In this document: positions 10,306-20,752 of the stretch, piece after piece
Layout: each line of letters begins with the position of its first letter
How positions within the stretch are numbered: the stretch's first letter is position 1
Source of the DNA: Candidatus Latescibacterota bacterium
GTDB taxonomy: Bacteria; Latescibacterota; CBDEFO01
Reading direction: 5' to 3'
Assembly (NCBI GenBank): GCA_965237525.1
Contig: CBDEFO010000006.1
Span: forward strand, 160,001 to 224,000
DNA: 64,000 bases
The notes under the pieces: generated by a model
Told to the model about the DNA's origin: nothing
Database searches by the model: none
What the model saw: the letters and a program-made list of their open reading frames with translations, nothing else
Program-made: the position numbers and the translations under genes

Positions 10306-11381
10306 ATGCTTAGGACAGACTGCAGCAAGCTCTGAGCGAGGTCTTGTTGGGACTCGACCAGAGCGGAATGTTCAAGTTATTCGAGTCGGAGCAAATGCGG
10401 ACAAAATCACCAGATGAGAGGGTGAAGATCGCTGTTCTGGAAACATTCAAGCAGTACTTGCAGGTCTATGAGAGATTCGGAAATACTGAGCGGAAGATAA
10501 TGGAGATCCTTAAACTGGACGTACTGAATAAAGTCGATCTCTGGACGATGCTCATGGGAGACGAAGGTTTCAGACACGGTAAAGCGCATGATATCTACCT
10601 GAATCTTCTCTTTACCAAGCGGAATCTCCCTAAGATCTTGGATCTTCTGGAACGGGATACCGATAGAATTCCACGGGAATCAGAATCCTCTAAAGAGGAG
10701 GCTGGCGATCTTGCCCAGCTCACAGCTATCGTCATCGAGGAAAAAGAATTCTCTACTCCTGAGCGACTCATTCTCATGCTGGAAGCTCTCGAAGGGCTAT
10801 ATCAAGCTAGTGCTCAAGTCCTTAAGTGCGACATCTCTAGTCTTTCAGTTTTGTCATGCGACTCGGGAAGCGACAAGTCTTTCGACTTTCTCGGTGTTGC
10901 CAAGGTTATCCAATGCGTCAAGGAAATCATTCTGAGCTTCTGGGACAGAGTCGTGTACTTCAGGGAAGACAAGACCGAAAAGCAGCTCGACCTTATTGCC
11001 AATTCATTGCCCATCTTGAAGACAATCAGTGATATGAAAACGCGCCGAGAGATAGAACCCGAAAGCGCTGAGTTGCTCAAGAAACAGGTTATTGAATCTG
11101 TACGCAAGTTCGCCAACGCAGGCACCACGATCCCTGAAATAGAAAAGTTCACAACATTTAACCCGCGGCAACTTATGAAACCGGAGCGCAAGTTGCTTGT
11201 AGCTGCGGCTCAGTCAACACAAGAGGAAGAGCCTCAGAAGCCGTCGACACAGCCACCAGGAGAAATCGATGACCCAGAATTTCAGGAATATATGGAACAG
11301 ATGTCCGCCGACTTCCTGAGAAGACGAAACGAAGCGAAGAAAGGCCGAGAAGATCCTCCGGACCAGACAGAAGACCGATGA
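10306..11381 (+). CDS. Hypothetical protein, probably with a 1-bp frameshift near the start
   Basis: 345-aa ORF from 10344. The ATG at 10306 follows AAGGAGG but is one base out of frame (MLRTD / LQQALSEV). Confidence 0.65.
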
Positions 11382-11561
11382 TGAAGTGCAGCTTACCCAT
11401 ATTGATACAGCAACAATAAAATAGCCGGCAACGTAGAACCAGTTGTATACAGCAGTCAAGCGATCACTAACACGAAGACTAATCTCCCGAAGAGATACTA
11501 CTACGCTGTGAACAGTTATAGACAAAAGTAAAAACAGGTTTAGCAGAAGATCAGGTTAATC

Positions 11562-11733
11562 CTTCTTTAACAAAATCTCACAGAGTATTGAATACAAAGC
11601 CCGTCAGACATCAATGGCGGGCTTTATCTTTGGTCTTTTGCAGAAGTCCTACTTTGACGAAAGTGAGCAGTTTTGATAGACCCTCCACTGAAGAATCTTA
11701 TTGACATCCGCTATTTCCTCCTTTATCTTCCTT
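11562..11733 (+). repeat. Imperfect direct repeat of about 170 bp, copy B
   Basis: Matches 10012-10180 and contains the hairpin AAAGCCCGTCA...TGGCGGGCTTT. Confidence 0.7.
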
Positions 11734-11987
11734 ATGGATTCCTTCTGGCAGGACTCAAGACCTTTTCTCAACACCATTGCAGTTGTGCAAGGTACCGTCA
11801 ACACAGAGGGAAGTCAGGTGGAATCAGCCTCCGATACCGCGGATTTCGATCATAATCTCCGATGCCGCACAAAGATCAGCAGCGCACATAACTCACCACA
11901 AGCCCGATGGAGTCTACCGTAGAGGCGGATGCTTCTAAGACTTGAAGGTGAATCAAGATCTGTAGATGGACATAAAGGAAGATAACA

Positions 11988-12770
11988 ATGAGAAAAAGTA
12001 AAGCGCTCAGGAAGTTTCGTGAAGGCAGATGTGCCCGTGTATGCAACCTGGGGCATTATTTGCCGTTTTTTGTAAGACATGCGGCGCATTTCAACTACGA
12101 TGTCATCTGGCTGGACCTGGAACATCGCGCAATGTCTGCCCGCGAGGTTCAGTCCCTGCTGGCGATGTGTCACGCCAACGATATAGACTGCATGGTGCGT
12201 TCCCCGAGCCTGGGTCGTACTCACCTCTATCGCTACCTCGAGGACGGCGCCGCCGGCTTGATGATCCCCTTTGCCTCGGATGCGGATATCGCCCGGAACA
12301 TCGTGAGCGCTGTGAAGTTCCCGCCCCAGGGTAACCGCGGCCTAGATGGAGCGGGTCTGGACGGAGATTTCGCCCTCGACATCTCGCGTCCTGACAGCAC
12401 CTACACAACTGACGCCAACCAGGAAACCTTTGTAGTTCTGCAGATCGAGACGAGGGAGGCCCTCGAAAATGTGGATGAAATAGCAGCTGTTCCGGGAATA
12501 GATGTCCTCTTTGTAGGGCCGGCCGATCTGGGACTGCGTCTCAGACAGAAGACGGACGGGCCGCCGATCACCCTTGAGGATGCCATCCCCACGGTTGCCG
12601 AGGCCGCTCGACGACACAATAAAGCCTGGGGCATGCCGGCCCCCACGCCTGAGAAAATAGCCCAATACCGGGAATTAGGAGCCCAGTTCCTGAGCTATGG
12701 CGGAGATTTCGCTCTCAGGGACGTACTGGAGCGCGGCAGTCACGAGTTCGATGAGGTCTTGGGCGAATAA
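11988..12770 (+). CDS. HpcH/HpaI family aldolase
   Basis: WLDLEH, KFPPQGNRG, LQIETREALENVDEIAAVPGIDVLFVGPADL. Confidence 0.92.
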   Translation: MRKSKALRKFREGRCARVCNLGHYLPFFVRHAAHFNYDVIWLDLEHRAMSAREVQSLLAMCHANDIDCMVRSPSLGRTHLYRYLEDGAAGLMIPFASDADIARNIVSAVKFPPQGNRGLDGAGLDGDFALDISRPDSTYTTDANQETFVVLQIETREALENVDEIAAVPGIDVLFVGPADLGLRLRQKTDGPPITLEDAIPTVAEAARRHNKAWGMPAPTPEKIAQYRELGAQFLSYGGDFALRDVLERGSHEFDEVLGE

Positions 12771-12997
12771 GCTGGGTAAGGCTCTATATTCCGATGTGCG
12801 TGATAGTATCACAACAACTGTATCTGTGCTGAAGAACAATCGAGATGATACATTCGCACCTCCAACAGACTATCCCGTTCGGATTTTTCCTGCTCACAAT
12901 CCAGTGCAGAATTAGATGGAGACAGACATAATCACCTGGCTGCTCCTGTCAGGATCGGCAATACTGTATCTGAGACGATAGCCGATGGGAATCTGCC

Positions 12998-14716
12998 ATG
13001 TCAAACGTGCTCCGCACATGTGGGTCTATGCCACCTGCGCTGACCCCGGAGAATCGAAAGAAGAAGGGTGGGTTCACGTATAGCATTCAAGAAGATATGC
13101 TCCGGATCGAAGGCTATGTCTGGCCGTTAAGCGTAAAGGCCGGGGAACGGATCGGATTCCACATCTCTACGAATGCGGATCGCTACTCGATCCAGATCGC
13201 TCGTGTGGGAGCACAGAGACACGTCATCTGGACACAAGACGGCCTGACCGGAGCACAACACCCTGTCCCCTGCAACGCATCGACGCACGGGTGTCAATGG
13301 CCTGTGGCCAAAGAAATATCTGTACCCGTGGATTGGCCGTCAGGCTATTACAACGTGATCATGCAAGCGACAGGCAGGGATGGATCCACTGCCGAAGGAC
13401 AGGCGTTCTTCGTGGTTCGGTCACCCCATCCCGGCCGCGATGCCGCTATCCTTATCCAATTAACCACGAACACATACAACGCTTACAACACATGGGGCGG
13501 CTCAAGTCTCTATCGAGGGCCCGACGGACCAGGACACCGAGTCTCCTTTGAACGCCCGTATGCAGGCCTTCCCGGCGTAGATGGACTTCTCCTATTTTGC
13601 ATGGATGAAGGACGTCAGGAGCTGTTAGAAGATCGAAATATCTCCGAGCGCCTTCAAGAGGAATTCCAGAAACAGGTGGCAGCGTACAACGTCCCCGGCA
13701 TCAGGCTTTCAACGCACGGTAGCATCACGACGGTCGAACCGGGCAGACATTGGCGGATTGATGATAACCTGGGCACGGGTCCTGCAGCCTACCATGTGAA
13801 GCTTCAGGAAGGGCAGCTTCACGTCTATGACGGCACAACATTCTGGGGGGCTGGATGGCGCAACTGGGAGCAGCCGTTCGTAGCCTGGGCCGAGCAAGCC
13901 GGGTATTCGCTTGACTTCGCAATCAACGGAGACCTTGAATTCCACCACGATATTCTGGAGCACTATCGCCTGGTGCTGAGTGTAGGGCACGACGAGTACT
14001 GGTCATCGCCTATGCGCGATCACCTTGAGTCGTACATAGCTGCCGGCGGAAACGTGGCCTTTTTCAGCGGAAATGTGATGTGGTGGCAGGTGCGCAGCCA
14101 AGACAACGGCAGAGCACTGGTCTGCTGGAAGGGCGCCTATAGACAAGACCCCGTCTATCAAACCGGTGACCATAGAAAGCTCAGCACGCTCTGGTGCCAC
14201 CGCCTCATCAATCGACCCGAGAATTACCTGACCGGTGTCAGCTTTGCCTACGGGGGCTATGCAGGCTTTTTTGACCAGTTTGTGGACGAGCCCGGCGCAT
14301 ACACAATACATCGTCCCGATCATTGGATCTTTGAGGGGACCGGTCTGAAACGCCATGACCTCCTGGGCGTTCAGGACAGTATCGTCAGCTACGAATGTGA
14401 CGGCTGCGAGTTCGAGCTTCATGATGGACTACCCATTCCCACACAGCGCGACGGTACACCGGAGACATTTCAGATTCTCGGCACCGCCTCGGCAGGACTG
14501 ACCGATTATGACGACTCCATCGAATTGGTGAATGAGACGCTGCACCCGGAGGGGAGCGAACCTCACCCCTACCCAGGTGCGGCGGTGCTCGGAACCTACA
14601 GCCGCGGCGGCACGGTGGTTACCGTGGGTTGCACCTCATGGGCAAATGGACTTCGCGGTGGGGACAGGCAGGTCGAACGAGTCACACGGAATATCCTTGA
14701 GCGTCTTTCGTCGTGA
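12998..14716 (+). CDS. N,N-dimethylformamidase large-subunit-like protein (start may be 13097)
   Basis: IEGYVWPLSV, WPSGYY, TTNTYNAYNTWGGSSLY, VSFERPY, SVGHDEYWS, GGNVAFFSGN motifs. Confidence 0.8.
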   Translation: MSNVLRTCGSMPPALTPENRKKKGGFTYSIQEDMLRIEGYVWPLSVKAGERIGFHISTNADRYSIQIARVGAQRHVIWTQDGLTGAQHPVPCNASTHGCQWPVAKEISVPVDWPSGYYNVIMQATGRDGSTAEGQAFFVVRSPHPGRDAAILIQLTTNTYNAYNTWGGSSLYRGPDGPGHRVSFERPYAGLPGVDGLLLFCMDEGRQELLEDRNISERLQEEFQKQVAAYNVPGIRLSTHGSITTVEPGRHWRIDDNLGTGPAAYHVKLQEGQLHVYDGTTFWGAGWRNWEQPFVAWAEQAGYSLDFAINGDLEFHHDILEHYRLVLSVGHDEYWSSPMRDHLESYIAAGGNVAFFSGNVMWWQVRSQDNGRALVCWKGAYRQDPVYQTGDHRKLSTLWCHRLINRPENYLTGVSFAYGGYAGFFDQFVDEPGAYTIHRPDHWIFEGTGLKRHDLLGVQDSIVSYECDGCEFELHDGLPIPTQRDGTPETFQILGTASAGLTDYDDSIELVNETLHPEGSEPHPYPGAAVLGTYSRGGTVVTVGCTSWANGLRGGDRQVERVTRNILERLSS

Positions 14717-14829
14717 CGAGACAGTACGTCGTGCCTGCCCCGATAGCTAGGTACGTGGCGATACGTCCCAGTCGCAAGTGGCCGACGCGCCCGAATCTTC
14801 CAATGCAAATTAGCTAAGGAGGCAGTAGC

Positions 14830-16053
14830 ATGCACGTAGATCGAGACCGATTCCTGGAAGAAGGGTACCTCATCTTGCGCAACGTCATCCCGCCGGACGA
14901 GCTGGACGAGCTGCGCGCAAGTTACGAAATCATGGTCGAAAGACAGAGGGAAATCTGGGCGCGCGAACGCAACACGGACGATCCGCCCGGAGGTGCATGG
15001 GACACCTCGGCGCAGCCGCGGTTGAACTTGGATAGCCTGGTTGATCAGATAGATGCACAGACCGCCAAGACTGTGGAGATCTGGCTTCACGAAAACACGC
15101 AAGGTGTCAGCAGCAACTTGCTGGGGCTAGAGGATGCGGCGGTGACGGAAATGATGCTGATGTGCAGTCCTTCGCGCGACCATGGGGCGGCGAACCACCG
15201 GGGATGGCACCGGGATTTTTATCCACCCCGCTGCGCCCCACTCCAGGGCTACGCAGAGGACATCATCGAGAATGGCCCCCGGTACGTGCAGTGGAACATC
15301 CCCCTTTACGACGACGATGTGCTGTGGGTGGTGCCCGGCAGTCACAACCGCTTCAACACCGAGCAGGAAGACCGGCTGCTGAACGAGGACCCCAGCGTGC
15401 CCTTACCCGGCGGTATCCAGACCCATCTCAGGGCCGGCGACGGCGTCGTCTATATCCTGCCTATCCTGCACTGGGGCAGCAACTACAGCACCAAGATGCG
15501 GCGCACCATCCACGGCGGCTTTTCCACCCTCACCCAATACCAGAAGATGAGCTACCTCAAACATCTTTCCGCCCCAGACCGGGCAACCTTCGAGCGCTGG
15601 GACCGGCGCAGTAAAAAGATGCAGGACCACACCGAATCCGTGCTCCGCGCTGCCATCAAAGAGGACGGTGCTGCCTACTATGCCGGGCTCGAAAAGCTGC
15701 ACCCGGGCAGGGGCGAAAAGGGCAACCTCCAGTCGACCATATTCCTGAGCAAGGCCGCCAAACGCATATACCAGCTCAAGAGCCCCGGCTTCGACAACCT
15801 GCCGCAATTAGAGCGCCGCTGGGCCACCAGCGTGCAGCCGATGACGCTCCAGTGGGGCGTGCTCTTCGCCGATCGCTTCTCGCCTGACGAGGCCAAGATT
15901 CTATGGCAGCGGTTTAAGCCGGTGGACGACAGCCTCCAAGCGGAAGAAGATCAGTGGGCGCCCGGCTTCCAGGGCGATTCGACGCGTTACTACTTCAACC
16001 AGGTGCCGGCGGATTTCAGTGTCGAAAGCTTCATCTCAGACTGGGGCACGTAA
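14830..16053 (+). CDS. Phytanoyl-CoA dioxygenase (PhyH) family Fe(II)/2OG oxygenase
   Basis: FLEEGYLILRNVI, WHRD, VVPGSH, LRAGD, ILHWG. Confidence 0.85.
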   Translation: MHVDRDRFLEEGYLILRNVIPPDELDELRASYEIMVERQREIWARERNTDDPPGGAWDTSAQPRLNLDSLVDQIDAQTAKTVEIWLHENTQGVSSNLLGLEDAAVTEMMLMCSPSRDHGAANHRGWHRDFYPPRCAPLQGYAEDIIENGPRYVQWNIPLYDDDVLWVVPGSHNRFNTEQEDRLLNEDPSVPLPGGIQTHLRAGDGVVYILPILHWGSNYSTKMRRTIHGGFSTLTQYQKMSYLKHLSAPDRATFERWDRRSKKMQDHTESVLRAAIKEDGAAYYAGLEKLHPGRGEKGNLQSTIFLSKAAKRIYQLKSPGFDNLPQLERRWATSVQPMTLQWGVLFADRFSPDEAKILWQRFKPVDDSLQAEEDQWAPGFQGDSTRYYFNQVPADFSVESFISDWGT

Positions 16054-16110
16054 CAGCCAGCGCAGCCTGAAACCCGGATCGGCGTACTTGAGCGTTCCAT
16101 AGGGTTTCGG

Positions 16111-16203
16111 TGGGGAGGATGGGGAGGATCTTCTTAGAACTTCTTGAAATAAAAAAAACTTTTTTTTGAGAAAGTTTTAGTTTTGTCCTCCCCATCCTCC
16201 CCA
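16111..16203. repeat. 18-bp perfect inverted repeat around an AT-rich core (origin-like)
   Basis: TGGGGAGGATGGGGAGGA (16111-16128) and TCCTCCCCATCCTCCCCA (16186-16203) enclose A8-C-T8. Confidence 0.8.
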
Positions 16204-16279
16204 ATTGGGAGCAGAAAAGAAAGTGATTGACATCCGAGGATGGAGAAAGACAAACTCGCGTATTCAAAAGGAGGGAAAG

Positions 16280-16459
16280 ATGGATACCCACGACATGCTT
16301 ACAGTCAAAGAAGTAGCCAGGTTCTTATGGTACTCAGAAAGGCACCTGCGTCAGTTAATACACTTTGGATTCGTCACAGCCTACAAGCTCGGGAAAAGGT
16401 CTCCAACAAGAGGTCCCTTAGACTATTTCAAAGGATCCGAATCTGCCCCCTTTGAGTAG
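16280..16459 (+). CDS. Short excisionase/MerR-type helix-turn-helix protein
   Basis: MLTVKEVARFLWYSERHLRQLIHFGFVTAYKLG; AAGGAGG RBS. Confidence 0.7.
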   Translation: MDTHDMLTVKEVARFLWYSERHLRQLIHFGFVTAYKLGKRSPTRGPLDYFKGSESAPFE

Positions 16460-16495
16460 TGGCTCTACCTGTGTGCCGTACATAAAACGGCCATC

Positions 16496-16670
16496 TGTAG
16501 GGGCAGACCCGTGTGTCTGCCCTTGGGGCGAGTGGACCTCGCCCCTACATTCTGTTAGCTGTGACCGAGATTGCTTCGCTATCGCTCGCAATGACCCAAA
16601 CTGAGCAACGTCATTGCGTGGAGGCCTGCCCCCGAATGATTGATCCCCGATAGACTCAATCGGGGACTCA
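16496..16670. repeat. Cluster of REP-like palindromes from three families
   Basis: TGTAGGGGC...GCCCCTACA; GAGATTGCTTCG...CTCGCAATGAC; TCCCCGATAGACTCAATCGGGGA. Confidence 0.75.
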
Positions 16671-16814
16671 AGGGCTGGAAGGTGGTCCCCCCTGACTACT
16701 CCCTCCTGCCTTTAAGACTGCCTGAGTGACCTTCGTGTAGATTCCACATCTGCAAAGGTTGCCCTTGGCTTGGCCGATCCCCGATAGACCTAATAGCGGA
16801 TTAAGGAGAGTCCT

Positions 16815-17512
16815 CATGAGCAGCCTGCCAAAGACAGACAAGACAACCGTTGCCGTGGTTACAGGAGGACCATGCCTTCGACGTGCCCGGGTTCCACGCT
16901 CTATTCCGAAGCCTTCCAGATGCCGACTGCTATATTCAGCATGTGGAAGATTATGTCTACAATGCCGGACAGGTAAGAGACCAATATGATGTCGTTCTCT
17001 TTGCGGATATAGTGGATAGGAAGCAGATTTACAACCCTCAGAGCATGCCTCCCGAAGGGGGGACAGGTTATGAAGGCAGAATACAAGGCATCTTGCAGCA
17101 GCTCGGTAAGACCTCGCAGGGAATCTTCATCCACCATCATGCTCTCCTGGCCTATACGGCGTGGCCCCTCTGGTCAGACCTGGTCGGCATTCAGAATCGA
17201 GAACTCGCCGGGGCGCACGTAGTTCCGAACCTGCAAATCGAAATCGTCAACCCCGACCATCCCATCACACATGGGCTGGAAGCATGGAAGATGCCTGACG
17301 AGACCTATACCATGGATGAACCGGAGGTAGACAGCGACATCTTGCTCGCTGTCAATCACCCTCAAAGCATGAAAGCCGTCGGTTGGGTGAGGACCTTCAA
17401 AGAATCCCGTGTATTCTGCCTCCAGTCGGGGCACGATAACAGAACATACGTGAACCCGAATTTCCGCAAAATTGTGGAAAGGGGCATTAAGTGGTGTGCA
17501 GGACGGATTTGA
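16815..17512 (+). pseudogene. ThuA-like (class I glutamine amidotransferase fold) protein with a +1 frameshift near 16870
   Basis: MSSLPKTDKTTVAVVTGG joins HAFDVPG if one C is removed. HPITHGL, DETY, RVFCLQSGHD motifs. Confidence 0.75.
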
Positions 17513-17722
17513 GGGAAGGAGAGAGGGTTCCAACAAATAGCGTTGCTTAATCGAAGTTGCTTTCCAGGGGCCACTACGACTCTTCCTGCTTTATACGTCC
17601 CCGATTAAATCGGCGGCGGGGATCGGCTTCTGCTGGCTTCTTCATAAGCACGCTTTGTTGATCTTCTCGAGGCGGGAACTTGGCGGACATCCACAGATCC
17701 GTAATCGGCACTGGGCAGGTCC

Positions 17723-18627
17723 CTAGGGAATACCCAGCTCTTCAACAGCCTGATGCAGGTCGGCCGGGAGAGGACCAGCCTGCGCTGCAGTTACGCTCTC
17801 TTCGATCTCGGCAGGCGTTGCTGCGCCGACCAGAATCGTTGTAATAGCTGGATCGGCTATCAAGTAGCGGATCGTCAGAGCGACCAGAGATAGGCCGGAG
17901 GCTTTCTGCAAGTCGTTCAGACGGGCATCTGGACTCTGCCCCTTATCGGCCCCGATGGTCTTAATCACACCCGCTGTGATGAAGGCTACTCCCTTCTTGC
18001 GAGCCAGCGGCAACGCCGTCCGACGCGCCTTTCGGGACAGTAGCGTGTAGTCGTAGGCGACCAGACAGGCGTCCACTTCCACATGGTGGAGGATGTGCGC
18101 GAGCTCCTCAGCGGGTCGGACGTAATCCCGATGAAGCGGCAGAGTCCGCGCTCCCTGGCCTCGTGGAGCACCTCCATCACCGGGGCGTTGGGAAGGTCGT
18201 AAGCCTCGTCAAGGCTCAGCAGCTGTTCGTTTGGCACGCCGTCCTTCCACCAGCAGGCCCACTCAGCCATATGTACCTGCAGTACGTCCACTTGGCTGCG
18301 GCGGAGGGCACGCAGGTTCTCCCAGAGCTGGGCACGGAAGGCATCCCGTGATCGGAAGTCGGCCGGCGCGGCAAGGTAGCCCAGCTTTGTTGCCAACAGA
18401 TATGGCTCCGTGCACCCCTCAAGCGCGTTGCCCAGTATTACCTGTGAAGCCCCCTGGCAGTAGGCCGGTGAGGTGTCAAAATAGCTGACGCCCAGTTCCA
18501 GCGCCCGGCGCACCGTGGCCACACCTTCGGTCAGAGAATACTTATCGAGAGAGCCGCCACCCAGACCCACGACTGTTACATGCTCCTCTGTCCTGCCGTA
18601 AGGGCGTCTTTCAATTGCTGCTTTCAG
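17723..18627 (-). pseudogene. Aldo/keto reductase, frameshifted near 18113, with CTG at the start position
   Basis: Two overlapping ORFs together reconstruct a paralog of 19791-20708; YFDTSPAY, LATKLG, LQVH. Confidence 0.85.
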
Positions 18628-18670
18628 GATTAGTCCCCCTCGAAAAATTTAAGAATATAAACACTGGCAA

Positions 18671-19711
18671 TTAGAATATTGCGCTCATAAATTTGATTTG
18701 TGGTAAAGAATGGACGTTATCAGCTATTTTCACCATTTCCTCATATGATCTTCTCCTGGCCAGTCTCATCTTAAGTACGTTGTATTGTCTGAATCTCCAA
18801 AACGAAACTGCAACAGCAGCATACTCTACAAAATCCTTTAGTGCATTTCGTTCCTCTTGTTCTAAAGGTCTTATTTTCTGATATCCATCAACAAGCGCCC
18901 TTATTTTTTCTACAGATACATTCTCTCTCTCTATACATGCTGCTATTATGGCAACGCCAATATCAAATATACAAAAATCGTTACTTGATTCTTCAAAATC
19001 AATAATAGCTTTTATGTTTTCACAGTCAAAGATTATGTTTTCAGGGAACATATCACCGTGTACCAAGCCTCTGGGAAGATTGGGACATAAACTTTCCCGC
19101 AGGTATTTAGATTTCTCTCTGAGCCATTCAATGTACTCGTGCTGTACGTCCAATTCAGTTACTTCTGGAAAAGCTTTAATTCCATAGGGATATGCTATAG
19201 AGAGAAAACCAAGCGGCGCTATTTGATGCAATTGTGCTATCGTTTCCCCCAGCTGCGATAACATCCCTGGAGTCAAGTTGTTTAGCACTTGACCTTCAAG
19301 GTACTCCTTAAGTATTATAGATCTAGTTCCCTTATATTTGTCCCTGATTGAACGTATCGGGGATTTGACAATGAAGTTTCCTTCTTCGGACGGAACTAAC
19401 CTTGAAGTAGGAAAATTGTGTTCTTCCAGAATCCGTAATAGAGCCACGAGGTTTTCTATTCCTAGTCCTTGTACTCCTGAAGATGTCTTCTCGTCAGCTT
19501 TAGTATTCAGCAGTTCCGAATCACAGGCTGTAAGTACATAAACTCCTTGTGATGTGTGTAGCACGTAACTGGAGTTAGTTTGACCTTCCTTAAGTGGATA
19601 GTGTTGAGCAATATCTTGTATGCCAAATTTTCTGGCTATGTCCACAATCTCTTCGGACCTTAGTTGCGTATAGCTATCTATTTCATCCTGCTTCGAGTGA
19701 GAATCCATCAA
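18671..19711 (-). CDS. Homoserine kinase type II / APH-like phosphotransferase
   Basis: EGQTNSSY, IAQLH, LPRGLVHGDMFPENI, IIDFE; visibly AT-richer than its neighbours. Confidence 0.8.
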   Translation of the reverse strand: MMDSHSKQDEIDSYTQLRSEEIVDIARKFGIQDIAQHYPLKEGQTNSSYVLHTSQGVYVLTACDSELLNTKADEKTSSGVQGLGIENLVALLRILEEHNFPTSRLVPSEEGNFIVKSPIRSIRDKYKGTRSIILKEYLEGQVLNNLTPGMLSQLGETIAQLHQIAPLGFLSIAYPYGIKAFPEVTELDVQHEYIEWLREKSKYLRESLCPNLPRGLVHGDMFPENIIFDCENIKAIIDFEESSNDFCIFDIGVAIIAACIERENVSVEKIRALVDGYQKIRPLEQEERNALKDFVEYAAVAVSFWRFRQYNVLKMRLARRRSYEEMVKIADNVHSLPQIKFMSAIF

Positions 19712-19790
19712 GCATGCCCTCTGCTAAGGTAATTTATTGCTGCCCAGACAGACTCTTCCTGCTTCATACGTCCCCGATTAAATCGGGGGT

Positions 19791-20708
19791 TCAGTCGGGG
19801 TCGGGAGACGTTTCCAGTTCTTCAAGGGCCTGATGTAAGTCAGGCGGCAGAGGGCCAGCCTGGGCTGCGACGACGCTCTCTTCAATCTCGGCAGGCGTTG
19901 CAGCACCGACCAGAATCGTTGTAATAGCTGGATCGGCTATCAAGTATCGGATCGCCAGTGCCACCAGAGATAGGCCGGAGGCTTTCTGCAGGTCGTTCAA
20001 GCGGGCATCGGGACTTTGCCCCTTATCAGCTCCGATGGAGTCAATCACCCCCGCTGCGATGAAGGCTACTCCCTTCTCGCGAGCCAGCGGCAACGCCGTC
20101 CGACGCGCCTCGCGCGACAGAAGCGAGTAGTTATAGGCGACCAGACACGCATCCACCTCCACATGGCGCAGCAGACGGGCAATTCGGTCTGCACTGTTTC
20201 CGGTGATCCCGATAAATCTACATAGACCTTGCGCTTTTGCTTCTCTTAGAACCTGCATTATGGGCGCGTTGGCAAAATCGTAATCGTACTCAGGTTGAAT
20301 GTGCGCGCTGTGCGCAGCATCATCAGACCACCAGCAGTGAAAATCAGCCTCGTGCACCTGTAGCGTGCCCACGCTGTCACGGCGCAGTAAACGCAGATTC
20401 TCATCAAGCTGTGTGCGCAGGGCGTCAGGCGAACGGTAACGGGTCTGGGTGGCCAGATGTCCGAGCTTGGTCGCCAGAAGATACTCTTCCGATCGTTCCT
20501 GCAGGGCCACACCATAAATTGCCTGCGATACTCCACTGCCGTAGAAAGGAGAGGTATCGAAATAGCTGACGCCCAGCTCCAGCGCCTGGCGCACTGTGGC
20601 CACGCCGTCTGCAAAGGAGTGCTTATCGAGAGAACCGCCACCCAGGCCCACGACAGTCACATGCTCATCTGTCCTGCCGTAAGGGCGTCTTTCAATTGCT
20701 GTTGTCAC
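19791..20708 (-). CDS. Aldo/keto reductase
   Basis: RRPYGRT, YFDTSPFYG, LATKLG, LQVHE, TILVGAATPAEIEE. Confidence 0.92.
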   Translation of the reverse strand: MTTAIERRPYGRTDEHVTVVGLGGGSLDKHSFADGVATVRQALELGVSYFDTSPFYGSGVSQAIYGVALQERSEEYLLATKLGHLATQTRYRSPDALRTQLDENLRLLRRDSVGTLQVHEADFHCWWSDDAAHSAHIQPEYDYDFANAPIMQVLREAKAQGLCRFIGITGNSADRIARLLRHVEVDACLVAYNYSLLSREARRTALPLAREKGVAFIAAGVIDSIGADKGQSPDARLNDLQKASGLSLVALAIRYLIADPAITTILVGAATPAEIEESVVAAQAGPLPPDLHQALEELETSPDPD

Positions 20709-20752
20709 GATTAATTCCTCCTGATCTTTCCTGGAAACGATCCCCTATAGGT

